DNA from: Eledone cirrhosa
Taxonomy: Eukaryota
Length of the DNA stretch: 64,000 nucleotides
Direction of reading: 5' to 3'
Assembly: GCA_964016885.1 (NCBI GenBank)
Contig: OZ024758.1
Location: forward strand, 21,638,001 to 21,702,000
The translations under genes were made by a program, and so were the position numbers. Positions 61,459 through 64,000 of the stretch are shown piece after piece (the stretch's first letter is position 1; each line of letters starts with the position of its first letter). Below the pieces are notes generated by a model that saw only the letters and a list, made by a program, of their open reading frames with translations, was not told where the DNA came from and ran no database searches.

Positions 61459-61683
61459 TATATATATATATATATTTTTTTTTTCTACATCTACCTCACT
61501 CTCTCTATATATATATGTCTTCTCTCTATCTCTCTGTCTGTATTTACAGGAATATACTCCTGTGTTTGTGAATATTTTCTGGGTGTGAGTTTCTATTTGG
61601 ATATAATTGCCGTATACGTTACATTGTTTGCTTGCTTTTATTATATACACAATCAGCATATATATATACACACATGATATATG

Positions 61684-61720
<37 letters not shown>

Positions 61721-62050
61721 ACCTAGCCCTACACGCACATACATACATACATACATACATACATACATACATACATACATACATACATACATACATACAT
61801 ACATACATACATACAACATCGATAATGATATAATAAATGGGCAGAATCAGTACAGTATGCAAAACACTGATGCTATAATTTACTTTGATTTAATACACAG
61901 TAATGTAGAGATAGACACCCACATAGATCAACACTGACACATTAATAATAGAACTGACTAAATTATACACACATTATTTTATATGTGTATACATACGCAC
62001 ACACACCACATACATCTCTCTCTCTCTCTAATATATATATATATATATAT

Positions 62051-62300
62051 AACGAAGAAGGTGTGGTTAGGAACCAGATTGACCGTAACGCACCAGAGTA
62101 CTCAATATTTAGGGTAGTAGAGTGGGTAATAGGAAAAGGTTTAACCCCGACGGCAGAGCTCAAGCCGTTTCGACGGTTATTTCTGGACTAAATTAGAATT
62201 TTTAACGTGGTAAATAAAAACCACGCTAAAAATTCTGATTTAGTCCAGAAATAGCCGTCGAAACGGCTTGAGCTCTGCCGTCGGGGTTAAACCTTTTCCT
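62051..62300. mobile_element. Family E fold-back element
   Basis: Arms at about 62129-62211 and 62220-62302; family 3' piece at 62051-62128 (minus). Confidence 0.8.
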
Positions 62301-62369
62301 ATTTATATTTATATATATATTTATATATATATATATTTATATATATATATATTTATATATATATATATT

Positions 62370-62418
<49 letters not shown>

Positions 62419-62545
62419 ATTTATATATATATTTATATATATATATATTTATATATATATATATTTATATATATATATATTTATATATATATATATTTAT
62501 ATATATATATATTTATATATATATATATTTATATATATATATATT

Positions 62546-62576
<31 letters not shown>

Positions 62577-62579
62577 ATT

Positions 62580-62612
<33 letters not shown>

Positions 62613-62615
62613 ATT

Positions 62616-62690
<75 letters not shown>

Positions 62691-62789
62691 ATATATTTAT
62701 ATTTATATATATATATTTATATATATATATTTATATATATATATATATATTTATTTATATATATATATTTATATTTATATATATATATT

Positions 62790-62822
<33 letters not shown>

Positions 62823-62853
62823 ATATATTTATTTATATATATATATTTATATT

Positions 62854-63056
<203 letters not shown>

Positions 63057-63332
63057 AAATACACACACATATGTATTTAAATATAAGTACATACATATAT
63101 GTATACATATATATAAATATATAGATGTACATAGATACATATATATGTATATATATGTATATACGTGTATATATAGATATACAAAGTGTTTGTGTGTGTA
63201 TGTGTGTATTTACATACGTTCTAGTATCTGTTTACCTTTTTCTATGGAAATTTATATTTATAACCAAAACTCTGTACTTTTGGATTCTCATTTTGAGTAA
63301 ACACTGAAGAGAAACATTCAAATATCCATATA

Positions 63333-63391
<59 letters not shown>

Positions 63392-63527
63392 TAGGGTGTG
63401 GTAAAGACCTGGTAGACTATAACCCACCAGAGTACACGATACTTGGTGTAGTAGAGTGGGTAATATGAAAAGATTCAGGACCCTGACGGCTGAGCTCCGG
63501 CCGTTTCGACAGCTAGATCCGAAGGGA
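63392..63527 (-). mobile_element. Family E2 element
   Basis: Matches 53403-53535. Confidence 0.7.
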
Positions 63528-63590
<63 letters not shown>

Positions 63591-63686
63591 GGAGGTGAGT
63601 TTTATTGTAGTACAATAAAGCAATGCAGATATCGTATAAGAAGCACTCTACAGTTTGTAGGACTGGAGTATACATAATATATAAGA

Positions 63687-64000
63687 ACTATGCAGAACAA
63701 CTGCTGTCGCGTATGGGACAAATACAGTTGACTGCCGAATCCATAGTAAGGATCAAACCGCCAGACTCTTTCAAAAACGAAAGAGAGGCGGTTTTCCTCT
63801 GTACGGTGGCTATGGTGAAAGAAGTTATATGGTGGACGAGGTTGAGAGGACTGAGGACAGATGCCTTTCTCTCCGGACAACAATTGATTCCATTCTTTAA
63901 GTATCACTTTAGAAGGAGAATCAGGGTGGAGAGAGAGGCACTGCACCCCAGTAAATTTACTGAAAGGTGGGTGAATGAAGCGAAAATGGCCCGAGTGATT
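63687..64000 (+). mobile_element. Tx1/L1-clade LINE ORF2 C-terminal fragment (runs off the window)
   Basis: Encodes AEQLLSRMGQ...FLCTVAMVKEVIWWTRLRGLRTDAFLSGQQLIPFFKYHF...FTERWV. Confidence 0.72.

Overview
AT-rich, repeat-dominated eukaryotic DNA with no supportable intact protein-coding gene. The SINE families and very long (TA)n/(TATG)n tracts suggest a coleoid cephalopod such as Octopus (inference). Almost all long ORFs in the track are microsatellite artefacts. Embedded in the TA tracts are tRNA-derived SINEs, 3' fragments of RTE and Tx1/L1-type LINEs, two MITEs and a decayed Penelope-like (PLE) reverse transcriptase at 1-540. The most striking signal is a dense set of short non-coding elements from roughly ten unrelated families. 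Each carries a minimal type-I hammerhead ribozyme (HHR: stem I-CUGANGA-stem II-GAAA-palindromic stem III-UH-stem I), usually in a head-to-head fold-back and/or direct-repeat layout like PLE pseudo-LTRs or retrozymes. Three families use a U3-A8 core variant, and one family keeps the GAAAC...GUC half but has a non-canonical core. Coordinates were read by eye and may be off by a few bases.
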